Part shown: positions 31,767-41,182 of the stretch, one piece after another | Layout of the letters: each line of letters opens with the position of its first letter | How positions within the stretch are numbered: the first letter of the stretch is position 1 | Origin: an uncultured Nitrospiraceae bacterium | Lineage (GTDB): Bacteria > Nitrospirota > Thermodesulfovibrionia > Thermodesulfovibrionales > Dissulfurispiraceae | Assembly (NCBI GenBank): GCA_963727805.1 | Contig: CAVSHF010000003.1 | Span: 2,176,001-2,240,000, forward strand | Direction of reading: 5' to 3' | Length of the DNA stretch: 64,000 bases | The notes under the pieces: generated by a model | Told to the model about the DNA's origin: nothing | Seen by the model: only the letters and a program-made list of their open reading frames with translations | The model's database searches: none | Translations under genes and position numbers: made by a program

Positions 31767-32548
31767 CTCTTCTTCATCCTCAGATATAATCCCGAAAAAA
31801 GAGCACTTGTATATATCCGCAATCTTTTCTCAAACCATTCGACACTGTCCTTGACGACTATCCTGCCGATTGCAAGCGGGTCAGAGCCTGTCTTTACAAT
31901 GCCGGGATCGGTCGTGAAGAGTGCCTGGTATCCAACATCTCTGGCAGCTTTGACGGCGGCGGCGTTATATTTTCCCTTAGGCCAGCAAAGGTAAGGACAT
32001 GGCTGTTTGAGCCTCTCTTCTATGTCTTCCTTCGACCCCGCCAGTTCGCTTATCAGATCAGTTTCGGGTATTTGGTCGCATCTCGGGTGGCTCTTCGTAT
32101 GAGAGTGGAAGTCGACATGATCGCTCCTGGCCATTTCTCTGATTAGTTTCCATCTGAGCATGACCTTGTGGGCTTCATTGCTGGCTATCAATTTCTTAGA
32201 TTCCGCATGTTTCGGGACCGATCCCGGCACTGGGAATGTTGTTTCAGATGCCTTCTCCACCCAATCGGTAACAATAAAGATCGTCGCATTGATTCCATAT
32301 TTTTTCAATATCGGATATGCAAATAGATAGTTGTCAAGCCATCCGTCATCGAAAGTCACGGCCACCGCCTTTTCCTTTATCACCGATTTGCCTTCAAGGA
32401 GATTTAGCATTTCCCCGATCTTCAGCGTCCTGTAGCCCGCATGGGCTAAGTGCCTCATCTGGCCTTCGAACACATCAGGTGTTACGGTCACCATATCACC
32501 TTTATGAGAATTAATATGGTGATACATGAGCACAGGGATCGGTCTCAT
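31763..32548 (-). CDS. Polysaccharide deacetylase (NodB/CE4)
   Basis: VLMYHH, VTFDDG, HSHTKSH, WPKG. Confidence 0.9.
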   Translation of the reverse strand: MRPIPVLMYHHINSHKGDMVTVTPDVFEGQMRHLAHAGYRTLKIGEMLNLLEGKSVIKEKAVAVTFDDGWLDNYLFAYPILKKYGINATIFIVTDWVEKASETTFPVPGSVPKHAESKKLIASNEAHKVMLRWKLIREMARSDHVDFHSHTKSHPRCDQIPETDLISELAGSKEDIEERLKQPCPYLCWPKGKYNAAAVKAARDVGYQALFTTDPGIVKTGSDPLAIGRIVVKDSVEWFEKRLRIYTSALFSGLYLRMKKR

Positions 32549-33639
32549 CTTCGCTTATCCATGCAAAGTGACGCATAAATATCGAACATCTTTTTGGACA
32601 TAGCCTCTACGGTAAAGCTCCGGTCAACTATTTTCCTGCCCTCTTTGCCCATTGCTTTCGCCTTTTCCTTGTCCTGCAAAATCTTGATTATCGCATCCGC
32701 GAGCGAAGACGGATCGCCGGGTCTCACGAGATAACCGTTGATTCCATCTTGGACAGCCTCTCCCACACCGCCCACATTGCTTCCGATGACGGGCTTTTCC
32801 ATTGCCATGGCCTGCAGAAGCGACTGAGGCAATGATTCCTGGAGAGTCGGTAGTACGCAAAGATCTATTGCTTTCAGAATCTCTGGGATATCATGCCTGA
32901 GGCCAAGCATGCGGACCTTTTCAGACAATTCCATCGCCTTTATCTTTTCATGGATATTCTTCTCCTGAGGACCGTCTCCTATGATCAGGAAAAGCATTTC
33001 CGGCACTTCCTTCAACACTGCAGGGATGGAGTCGAGCAGTATATGGTGTCCTTTTTTGAACCTTAAAATAGCAATCGTCGCCACGAGGGAAACCTCGCCG
33101 CCTACCTTCAGTTCTGTGCGCAGATCGCTCTTAACCACGGCGGGATCGAATGTCCCTATGTCTATGCCTGACGGCACTGCAACGACTCTGTCAGCCGGTA
33201 TACCCTCGCCGATCAGATACTGTCTCACATATTCGCTAGTAGTAACAACCATGTGTGGGAGGATCGAGTAAGACACTCTAGAGGTCATGGGCAGGGCGAT
33301 ATGCCGCGTCCTTACGATGCGCGGTCTTCGCGACGAAAGCCTTCCCGCCAGTCCCACTAGGAAACTGTCCCTTCCACTGTGGGTGCTTACTATATCGACG
33401 CCATCAGACTTTATAACCTTCATTATGTGCATTATAGCGGGCAGGTCATAGCTCTTCCTCATCCTACAGGTCCTTACCTCGATTCCTGCTTCGGCAGCCT
33501 TCACTGCAAGATTGCTGTCAGGCTGGCAAAGTATGATGACTGCCGCCCCAAGCTTTTTCAAGCCAAGGGATTCCTTGAGTATCCGGTGCTCCTGGCCTCC
33601 CCAGCCCATTGAAGATTCGGTATGGAGCAGGGTAAACAT
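32545..33639 (-). CDS. GT4 family glycosyltransferase
   Basis: HTESSMGWGGQE, KKGH, ESLPQSLLQAMAM. Confidence 0.9.
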   Translation of the reverse strand: MFTLLHTESSMGWGGQEHRILKESLGLKKLGAAVIILCQPDSNLAVKAAEAGIEVRTCRMRKSYDLPAIMHIMKVIKSDGVDIVSTHSGRDSFLVGLAGRLSSRRPRIVRTRHIALPMTSRVSYSILPHMVVTTSEYVRQYLIGEGIPADRVVAVPSGIDIGTFDPAVVKSDLRTELKVGGEVSLVATIAILRFKKGHHILLDSIPAVLKEVPEMLFLIIGDGPQEKNIHEKIKAMELSEKVRMLGLRHDIPEILKAIDLCVLPTLQESLPQSLLQAMAMEKPVIGSNVGGVGEAVQDGINGYLVRPGDPSSLADAIIKILQDKEKAKAMGKEGRKIVDRSFTVEAMSKKMFDIYASLCMDKRR

Positions 33640-34791
33640 CTATTCCCCTCCCCCCAATTTCTCTTCTATGACAGCCATGATCTCGCCGGGGCGTATGTCA
33701 TCAAGACACCTGCTCTTTTTAGTCCCATTGCAGCCGTCCTTACCGCAGGGGATACAATCCCAGTCCCTCTGGATGACCGTATTGACGCCGAAAGACTGCA
33801 TCCCGTTTCGTCGACTATACGGAGTCCCCGATTCGAGCATCTTCGTTTTGTGCTTGGCAATCCTGTTGTCCCACGGCCCCCAATGAAAAGCGCCGCTCGG
33901 CCCAAACAAAGCAATGACAGGCGTGCCCACTGCGGCGGCAATATGCATAGGAGCGGAATCGACACCGAAAAAGAGTTTTGATGCCTCGGACAACGCTCCG
34001 AGCTGCTGTATGGATGTCCTACCGCGTAGGTCGAACAACCCATCGCGTCGCCCGATCAGATCTAATACCGTTCCGGCCTTTTCAATCTCCTTTTTATCCG
34101 GAGATGACGTAACCGTTACCATGATTCCTTTATCGAGTATCCACCGAACAACCTCAGCCATGCATTCGTCTTTTCCACACTTAAAGAGCCATCTCGAGGT
34201 TGGATGTACGTGGACCATCGCAGCGTCTCCCTTGACTCCACGTTCTTCGAGCACAGTCTTTATATAATCTCTGTCTTCATCGCGTGGATGAAAGTCGACC
34301 GAAAGGTCTTCTGTATCTATTCCAAACCGGCTCACCACGTGGAGGTTTTGGAGCACTGTGTGACTCTTGCCATCGTGCTCGGCCAGATGGGTATAAATGC
34401 TCTTTTTCCCCCAGAAGCCTTTTACAGGGCTCGGCCCTATCCTGTATCTAGCACCTGAAGTGAGTGAAAGCACTGCCGCCCTGTCTCCTCCGGTAAGATC
34501 GATGGTCATGTCAAACCCCTTTTTCGAAATCGACCTAAGAAAGGAGAGTTCCCTCGATAAGCGCGCTATGGCTGAAAGTGACTTCAATTTCCTATCCATC
34601 ACAATGATTTCATCCACTAGAGGATTGTTTTTCAGAACATCCTCTGTGCCAGCGTTCACGAGGGCATTCAGGCGTGCATCCGGAAATTTTTCTTTTAAGG
34701 CCCTAAATACGGGGACCGTCAGGAGCACATCGCCGATGTGTCGCAGTTTGATGACTAGGATAGATTCAATATTTGAAAACGTCATGGACAT
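33640..34791 (-). CDS. waaQ: GT9 LPS heptosyltransferase III-like
   Basis: IKLRHIGDVLLT, HPTSRWLFK, GVDSAPMHIAAA; start probably 34791 or 34785. Confidence 0.75.
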   Translation of the reverse strand: MSMTFSNIESILVIKLRHIGDVLLTVPVFRALKEKFPDARLNALVNAGTEDVLKNNPLVDEIIVMDRKLKSLSAIARLSRELSFLRSISKKGFDMTIDLTGGDRAAVLSLTSGARYRIGPSPVKGFWGKKSIYTHLAEHDGKSHTVLQNLHVVSRFGIDTEDLSVDFHPRDEDRDYIKTVLEERGVKGDAAMVHVHPTSRWLFKCGKDECMAEVVRWILDKGIMVTVTSSPDKKEIEKAGTVLDLIGRRDGLFDLRGRTSIQQLGALSEASKLFFGVDSAPMHIAAAVGTPVIALFGPSGAFHWGPWDNRIAKHKTKMLESGTPYSRRNGMQSFGVNTVIQRDWDCIPCGKDGCNGTKKSRCLDDIRPGEIMAVIEEKLGGGE

Positions 34792-34844
34792 ATCATGGAC
34801 ATATAAAGAATATCTGTTTATTTTACAGGGATTTTCAGAAAAAG

Positions 34845-35969
34845 TCATCCACAGACCCGGCGGATGATATCGATAAATACAGATGCCGCCTTGTAGATGG
34901 AGAATTGCTCAGCCTTTACTCTTGCTCTCATCCCCATGACTTCGGCATCGGACAGGGCTGGGATAATCTTTCCCGCCAGCTCCGAGGTATCGTTTATGGA
35001 TGCCATAACAAAGCCTTCCTTTCCCTCTTCGATGATTTCAGCAGCACCGTTGTTCCAAGTCGTGATAACCGGCAGGCCAGATGCCATCGCTTCAAGACAC
35101 GCGTTGCTAAAAGGATCGTAGAGCGTGGGCAAGACAAATGCATCAGCTGATGAATAAAACCTTTCAATCCCGGACTGTGGGCCGAGAAACAAAATATGGT
35201 CTTCAACACCTAGCCGCCTTGCCATCTGCAGGTAATCCGAACAGTCACCTTTGCCAATGACGAGTGTGACAAGTCTTTCACCCTGGAGTGCTTTTATCGC
35301 CTCCGGCAGTGATTGGATTAGTGTTTCGAGCCCCTTGCGCCTGAAGCCTGATCCGACGAAGAGAATTACCTTGTCCCGTTTCCCGATGCCAAGGCTATGC
35401 CGAGTCTCGGCGCGCCATGTTGATCGGTTGCCCGGTGAATATTTGTTCAGGTCGACGCCATTGTACGCCACAGCGATCTTGCTTTCAGGGGTGCCATAAT
35501 ATCTTCGAATCTGTTCTTTGACCATAACCGAATTGACGACAATAAGGGGCGTAGTGTCAAAGATCTTTTTTTCAAGCGAGAGGGTATAGCGGTGCAGAGG
35601 GTTAATCCTGAACGATAGTTTCCTTAGATAAGGCTCTATCTCCTCCCTGATGCCAAGCCATGCCCTGTGGCAACCGTCACCAGCCCGATAAATGTCCTGG
35701 TACTCAGTCCGCTCAAAGCTGATGATGCAGTCGAACCGCTCCTTTCTCAGTACCTTCGATGAATTTTTGCTAAAGGAGAGGACCGAGAGAAATGAACTGA
35801 GCGACAAGATGCGAACCTTGTGGTAGGCGAGCCCTGCTTCATCCGTCCATTGGTTAGCAAAGACATGGAGCTCGTGACCCTCTTTCTTAAGTTCACCGAG
35901 GAGGGTTCTCAGATATTGCTCAGCACCGCCGTGGAGGGAAAAACGCTTCTTTACAAAGGCAAGTCTCAT
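34845..35969 (-). CDS. waaG: GT4 LPS core glucosyltransferase-like
   Basis: MRLAFVKKRFSLHGGAE, RAGDGCH, FVGSGFRRKGL, YDPFSNACLEAMASG. Confidence 0.75.
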   Translation of the reverse strand: MRLAFVKKRFSLHGGAEQYLRTLLGELKKEGHELHVFANQWTDEAGLAYHKVRILSLSSFLSVLSFSKNSSKVLRKERFDCIISFERTEYQDIYRAGDGCHRAWLGIREEIEPYLRKLSFRINPLHRYTLSLEKKIFDTTPLIVVNSVMVKEQIRRYYGTPESKIAVAYNGVDLNKYSPGNRSTWRAETRHSLGIGKRDKVILFVGSGFRRKGLETLIQSLPEAIKALQGERLVTLVIGKGDCSDYLQMARRLGVEDHILFLGPQSGIERFYSSADAFVLPTLYDPFSNACLEAMASGLPVITTWNNGAAEIIEEGKEGFVMASINDTSELAGKIIPALSDAEVMGMRARVKAEQFSIYKAASVFIDIIRRVCG

Positions 35970-36004
35970 GGTAGCTCGACGAATAGGAATACAGAGTTCA
36001 GACA

Positions 36005-36095
36005 AGAAGACAGGAGTGAGGAGCCAGTAGATAGCAGACCCCACACTTTTCCACGCTTCTCGCTTCTATTTCCGATTTCACTACTTCTAACTCCT
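36005..36095. repeat. Inverted arrays of degenerate heptamer repeats (AGNAGNN x5, then NNCTTCT-like x6)
   Basis: AGAAGAC AGGAGTG AGGAGCC AGTAGAT AGCAGAC (36005-36039) then CGCTTCT CGCTTCT ATTTCCG ATTTCAC TACTTCT AACTCCT (36054-36095). Confidence 0.65.
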
Positions 36096-36254
36096 TGTTG
36101 TGTTCTGCGAACTGCTTGTATGATGCCTTCCTAACCTTATGTTTTGCAATGCCTATTTGCTCGGTATTGAAAGTGCACAATAGCGCTTGAACGCACTATT
36201 AACGCTTTCCACTCATATAAACCATACTATTATTACTGCAATTACAACCTAATA

Positions 36255-36899
36255 TTAGTCATTCCAGCCATGCTCACCGATGAGTGGCACAAAGGCGCAT
36301 GGGGTGTGGTATTCTTCTACAAGTTGGTCCTTTACTTTGCGTCCCTTGAGGAGGTTTTGCGAGAAGCGCTCGCCCACAGGAGCAACGATGATGCCTCCTT
36401 CCTTCAGTTGACTTATGAGAGGCGGCGGGAGCGTCGGTGCCGCGGCAGTGATGATAATACGGTCAAAGGGGGCCGTATTTCGAAGACCTATTGTGCCATC
36501 ACCGATGACTACATGGATATTTTCATAACCTAGCGCCTTGAGCTTTTCACTCGCCCTATCGGCAAGGGCCGGTATCCTTTCTATCGTATAAACCTCAGCT
36601 GCGAGTTCCGCAAGGATTGCCGCCTGATATCCAGAACCCGTTCCAATTTCGAGAACCTTTTCAGCGCCTGTCATCTCCAGAAGTTCAGTCATAATAGCGA
36701 CCATATATGGCTGCGATATGGTCTGCCCCTCTCCAATCGACATAGCCATGTCTTCATAGGCGCTATATCTTACTGACTCGGGCATAAAGATATGGCGTGG
36801 CACCTTCCTCATCGCCCGCAGGACCCTCTCGTCTTTAATCCCGCGCGGAATGAGCTGCGTGGCAACCATCAGATCTCTCAAACTCTGGTATTCTTCCAC
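36255..36899 (-). CDS. pcm: Protein-L-isoaspartate O-methyltransferase
   Basis: GQTISQPY, LEIGTGSGYQAA, APFDRII, FVPL. Confidence 0.96.
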   Translation of the reverse strand: MEEYQSLRDLMVATQLIPRGIKDERVLRAMRKVPRHIFMPESVRYSAYEDMAMSIGEGQTISQPYMVAIMTELLEMTGAEKVLEIGTGSGYQAAILAELAAEVYTIERIPALADRASEKLKALGYENIHVVIGDGTIGLRNTAPFDRIIITAAAPTLPPPLISQLKEGGIIVAPVGERFSQNLLKGRKVKDQLVEEYHTPCAFVPLIGEHGWND

Positions 36900-37636
36900 G
36901 TCTGTCTGAGGGCCTCAAGGGCCGAATAATTGGTCATATCGAGGTGGACGGGCGTAACCGAAACATATCCATCCACAACCGACTGCATATCCAAGTCCTC
37001 TCCATGTTCCCAATAAGGCTTACCGCCGCCGATCCAATAGTGCTTTTCACCCCAGGGAGAATAGATCTCCTGTATGGCATTGTCATAAATCCTCTTGCCT
37101 TGTTTTGTGATCCTGATACCCTTTAATTCTTGCTTCGGCAGGTTTGGCACGTTGACGTTGAGAAGGGTATCGTAGGGGAGTTGTTTATCGAGAATATACC
37201 GGGCAACCTCGATCGCAAAAGGGACGGCAGATTCATAAAGAAACGGTCGGTCACCGGCTAATGATATGGCAAAAGAAGGGATGCCGAGGATGGTCCCTTC
37301 CATAGCGGCTGATACGGTCCCGGAATAGGTCACATCATCACCAAGATTGGCACCCCTGTTGATTCCAGAGGCGACGAGATCCGGATTTTTCGGAAGGATT
37401 TTGTGTACCGCCAGGGCAACACAGTCGGTCGGTGTGCCGTTTATGCTGTATACATACTTCTTCAATTCCTCAGCTTTTAGGGGCCTATGCAGCGTAAGAG
37501 CATGACTGACTGCGCTCCGCTCCCGGTCAGGTGCAACGACATAAACGTCTCCAAGCACCATCATCGCCTTGTGGAGGGCACTGAGTCCTGGTGAGTAGAC
37601 GCCGTCATCGTTGGTCACAAGTATCAGTGGCCTCAT
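36878..37636 (-). CDS. surE: 5'/3'-nucleotidase SurE
   Basis: ILVTNDDG, GTPTDCV, SGINRGANLG, YSGTVSAA. Confidence 0.96.
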   Translation of the reverse strand: MRPLILVTNDDGVYSPGLSALHKAMMVLGDVYVVAPDRERSAVSHALTLHRPLKAEELKKYVYSINGTPTDCVALAVHKILPKNPDLVASGINRGANLGDDVTYSGTVSAAMEGTILGIPSFAISLAGDRPFLYESAVPFAIEVARYILDKQLPYDTLLNVNVPNLPKQELKGIRITKQGKRIYDNAIQEIYSPWGEKHYWIGGGKPYWEHGEDLDMQSVVDGYVSVTPVHLDMTNYSALEALRQTWKNTRV

Positions 37637-38610
37637 ATCCTCTCCCCTCTAAATTCCCATTCCACTTCACGATACAACTCATCGATGCAATGACGATACC
37701 GAGGTGAAATATGCATAGTCCCGATATTCCCTACCCGGGCCTCACGCGCGATCCTACCGGCAATGGCAGCGGTCAGATGGTGGCGGTCCCTAGCCCTGTC
37801 AAAATCACGAGCGAGGAAGTATGATTCACAGAAAAGCATATCCGAACCTGCTACAAAGGGGATAATCTTCGAGATATTTTCCTCGTTCGGAGAGACATCC
37901 ATGATATATGCGATTTTTTGTCCCCGTGTGAGCGTTGCTATCGACATCAATTCATCCAGTCTGTGCAGCTTCCCGTCCACTTCAAAAGAAGTATCTGGCG
38001 GAGCGGCTTGTCTAATCGCCATCTTGAAGTCTGAAAGCCAGTGGCCGACCGACAGTCCCCGTTCCTGCAGCATAGCCTTGTTTATATTTATATGATACTC
38101 CTCTTCTAGCGAATAGGCGAGGACCGGGATATCATGCGAAAGCGGTAATGCCTTCACGGTGAAGAGCGGGTCATCAAGGACAAGATCCTGGAATTCCTTG
38201 CCAGAATGGTCTATGCGGCAAAAAGAGTTCTCCGCATAGAAACCTGCTTGGCTGATGCCGTCCTTCCGCACCTCGAAGACTTCGATCCTAATTGGGTATT
38301 CCTTTATCAGGTTCCATGTATACCCCTTTAGCTTGCCCTCGATGCAGGCGATTATATTTTCAGGCCCGAAGATCCGTAAAGGAATTTCTCGCTTCAGCAC
38401 CGCCCGAAGGACCGTGTCAATGCCTATGAAGTGGTCGATATGGGTATGGGTAATAAAAATATCGCTGATCTTGAGGATATTGCCGATGTCAAGGTCCCTG
38501 AGATCGCCTGCGTCGAAAAGCAGCGCCCTTCGTTCTCTTAGTATGCGCACGTATAAACAGGGGTCGTCAAAAGGGCCGTTTACCGGACTCGCATGAAAAA
38601 CGTGGTTCAT
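37633..38610 (-). CDS. Ribonuclease Z-like metallo-beta-lactamase fold hydrolase
   Basis: VNGPFDDP, LFDAG, THTHIDH, HHLT, HISPRY. Confidence 0.75.
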   Translation of the reverse strand: MNHVFHASPVNGPFDDPCLYVRILRERRALLFDAGDLRDLDIGNILKISDIFITHTHIDHFIGIDTVLRAVLKREIPLRIFGPENIIACIEGKLKGYTWNLIKEYPIRIEVFEVRKDGISQAGFYAENSFCRIDHSGKEFQDLVLDDPLFTVKALPLSHDIPVLAYSLEEEYHININKAMLQERGLSVGHWLSDFKMAIRQAAPPDTSFEVDGKLHRLDELMSIATLTRGQKIAYIMDVSPNEENISKIIPFVAGSDMLFCESYFLARDFDRARDRHHLTAAIAGRIAREARVGNIGTMHISPRYRHCIDELYREVEWEFRGERI

Positions 38611-38682
38611 AGTGCTATAATTATAGCTTAAAATATATATACTATCAGCAAGTTTCTTCATCCCGGATTGAGAGGAGGATAT

Positions 38683-39681
38683 ATGCCCGAGTTGAGAAAA
38701 GATCCCATATCGGGGCGATGGGTAATCATATCAGTGGAACGTGGCAAACGACCGACGGATTTTGTTTCACCTTCTCAGAAACGCAAGGCAGGCGGCTTCT
38801 GTCCTTTTTGCCCCGGTAACGAACATACGACAACTCCTGAGATTATCGCCTTCAGGCCCGCTAGCACAGCTCCCAATTCGCCGGGCTGGACCCTTAGAGC
38901 CGTCCCGAACAAATTCCCTGCCCTTCAGATCCACGGAGACCTACATAAGATGGGAGAGGGGGTTTTCGACAAGATGAACGGCATCGGTGCCCATGAGGTC
39001 ATTATTGAAACCCCCGAGCACCAACTCTCTCTGGCGACCATGCCCCAGAGGGCGGTCGAGGACGTACTCTGGGCTTATTATTTTAGACTAATGGATCTCA
39101 AGAAGGACTTCCGCTTCAAGTATGTCCTCATATTCAAGAACGAGGGTGAGGTTGCAGGCTCGTCTCTTGAACATAGCCACAGCCAGCTCATCGCACTGCC
39201 GATCATCCCGAAGAGCGTCAAGGAAGAGATGGACACATCTAAGCAATATTATGACAGCAAAGAGCGCTGTCTCCTCTGCGATATTGTCAGTCAGGAACTC
39301 GATTCAGGAAGAAGGGTCGTCTACGAAAACGATAAATACGCTGCTCTTGCACCTTTTGCACCTCGGGAGCCGTTCGAAACTTGGATATTGCCAAAGCAGC
39401 ATGAATCCAGCTTTGGCCCGCCCGATAAAAGTTTTTCGGGTCTTGCCGATATACTGCAAAAGGTCCTCAAGCAACTCGACAAGGTTCTCGATACCCCTCC
39501 TTACAATTTCATCCTCCACACCTCGGCCTTCAAAGATGAGGTCAACGACTATTACCACTGGCACATCGAGATTGTTCCGAAGCTGACAAAAACAGCGGGC
39601 TTCGAGTGGGGATCAGGGTTTTATATCAATCCGACACCACCTGAAGAAGCTGCCAAATTTATGAGAGAAGCAAAGATCTAA
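38683..39681 (+). CDS. galT: GalT-family nucleotidylyltransferase (galactose-1-P uridylyltransferase / ADP-glucose phosphorylase-like)
   Basis: MPELRKDP, CPFCPGNE, PNKFPAL, HSHSQ (HxHxQ), HWHIE; GGAGG RBS. Confidence 0.85.
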   Translation: MPELRKDPISGRWVIISVERGKRPTDFVSPSQKRKAGGFCPFCPGNEHTTTPEIIAFRPASTAPNSPGWTLRAVPNKFPALQIHGDLHKMGEGVFDKMNGIGAHEVIIETPEHQLSLATMPQRAVEDVLWAYYFRLMDLKKDFRFKYVLIFKNEGEVAGSSLEHSHSQLIALPIIPKSVKEEMDTSKQYYDSKERCLLCDIVSQELDSGRRVVYENDKYAALAPFAPREPFETWILPKQHESSFGPPDKSFSGLADILQKVLKQLDKVLDTPPYNFILHTSAFKDEVNDYYHWHIEIVPKLTKTAGFEWGSGFYINPTPPEEAAKFMREAKI

Positions 39682-39685
39682 ACTC

Positions 39686-41182
39686 ATGAGAATTGCCCTC
39701 ATATCATCAGAGGCAGTGCCATTCTCAAAAACAGGAGGGCTGGCTGATGTTGCCGGAACTCTTTTCAGGGAATACAACAGAATGGGCATCGATGCCTCTC
39801 TCTTTCTTCCTCTTTACAAAGTGACCTCTGAGCATTTTCGTGGTTCTCTCGTCGATACGGGCACGGAGATCGATATCCCTGTCGGGAAGATTGCAAAGAA
39901 ATGCCGAGTCTATACTGCAGGGGAACAACGGCGGGGTAATCAAGGACGCGGCACTGTTTATTTCGTCTCGAATGACGAATATTTTGGCAGAGACGAAATG
40001 TATTGCGACGCCATGGGAGATTATCCAGATAATGACTCCCGTTTCGTCTTTTTCTGTAAAAGCGTTCTTGAAATATGCCGGAAATTCAATCTGGTATTCG
40101 ATGTCCTCCACTGCAATGACTGGCAGACAGCCCTTATCCCCCTTTATCTCAGAACACTTTACTGGAGCGGAACGTTATTTAAAAAAACCAGGACCGTCCT
40201 CACTATCCACAATCTCGGCTTTCAGGGGTTATTCCCCGCCTCCACTCTTGAACTAACAGGGCTCGGCTGGGATATCTTCAATCCCGAAGGTATCGAATTT
40301 TACGGGAAGGTAAATTTTCTCAAGGCAGGCATCATCTCAGCCGATATCCTTACCACGGTCAGCCCCACTTATGCAAAGGAGATACTCACTCCAGAAAAAG
40401 GCTTCGGTCTTGATGGCATGCTCCGCAAAAGGGTGGATTCCCTCTTCGGGGTGCTTAACGGTATCGATTACACCGAGTGGGATCCCGCCGATGATGACTT
40501 AATTCCCGCAACTTATTCTAAAACCAACCTTTCGGGGAAAGAGAAATGCAAAAAAGAATTGATGTCGCGGTGTGCCTTTAAAGGATCTCAGGAGACACCA
40601 CTGCTTTGTTTTGTAGGTAGGCTCTCTGCCCAGAAAGGGATTGACCTCATCACCAATTCCGCAGATCAATTAATGAAAAGCAGTGTGAACCTCTTTGTTC
40701 TTGGAAAAGGTGACAGTCGTTATGAAGCGATCCTCAAGGATTATGGCCGTAGATACCCGGGCCGCGTATATATCGGGATCGAATTCGATGAGTCCCTAGC
40801 ACACCTTGCCTACGCCGGGTCCGATATCTTCCTCATGCCCTCGGTTTATGAGCCCTGCGGATTGGGCCAGATGATCGCTATGCGTTACGGGACGGTGCCG
40901 GTAGCATATGATACCGGAGGCCTTACTGATACGATCGTCAGTCCGGGGGGGCATACTGAAAAATTCTTCTGCGAGAAGGTGTACGGTACAATAAAAGAGA
41001 CGGGGTTCCTTTTCGGTAGACACTCACCAGAGTTCTTCCTTGGGGAAATCAGAAAGGCCTTGTGTATTTATTACAATACGAATATCTGGCGAAAACTCAT
41101 CAAAAACGCCATGGGAAGAGACTTCTCCTGGAAAAAGTCCGCTGCAATGTATCTTCAATTGTATAACAAGTTGCATGATTGA
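39686..41182 (+). CDS. glgA: Glycogen synthase
   Basis: KTGGLADV, HCNDWQ, TIHNL, QKG, EPCGLGQM. Confidence 0.95.
   Translation: MRIALISSEAVPFSKTGGLADVAGTLFREYNRMGIDASLFLPLYKVTSEHFRGSLVDTGTEIDIPVGKIAKKCRVYTAGEQRRGNQGRGTVYFVSNDEYFGRDEMYCDAMGDYPDNDSRFVFFCKSVLEICRKFNLVFDVLHCNDWQTALIPLYLRTLYWSGTLFKKTRTVLTIHNLGFQGLFPASTLELTGLGWDIFNPEGIEFYGKVNFLKAGIISADILTTVSPTYAKEILTPEKGFGLDGMLRKRVDSLFGVLNGIDYTEWDPADDDLIPATYSKTNLSGKEKCKKELMSRCAFKGSQETPLLCFVGRLSAQKGIDLITNSADQLMKSSVNLFVLGKGDSRYEAILKDYGRRYPGRVYIGIEFDESLAHLAYAGSDIFLMPSVYEPCGLGQMIAMRYGTVPVAYDTGGLTDTIVSPGGHTEKFFCEKVYGTIKETGFLFGRHSPEFFLGEIRKALCIYYNTNIWRKLIKNAMGRDFSWKKSAAMYLQLYNKLHD

Noticed and set aside
41040..41174. N-terminal extensions in the ORF track (kinase from 41040; also hemY 49207, waaG 36044, trpF 19553, ubiX 51356, rnz-like 38661)
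   Set aside because: They overlap neighbouring genes, promoters or repeats; downstream ATGs match the family N-termini or RBS positions better
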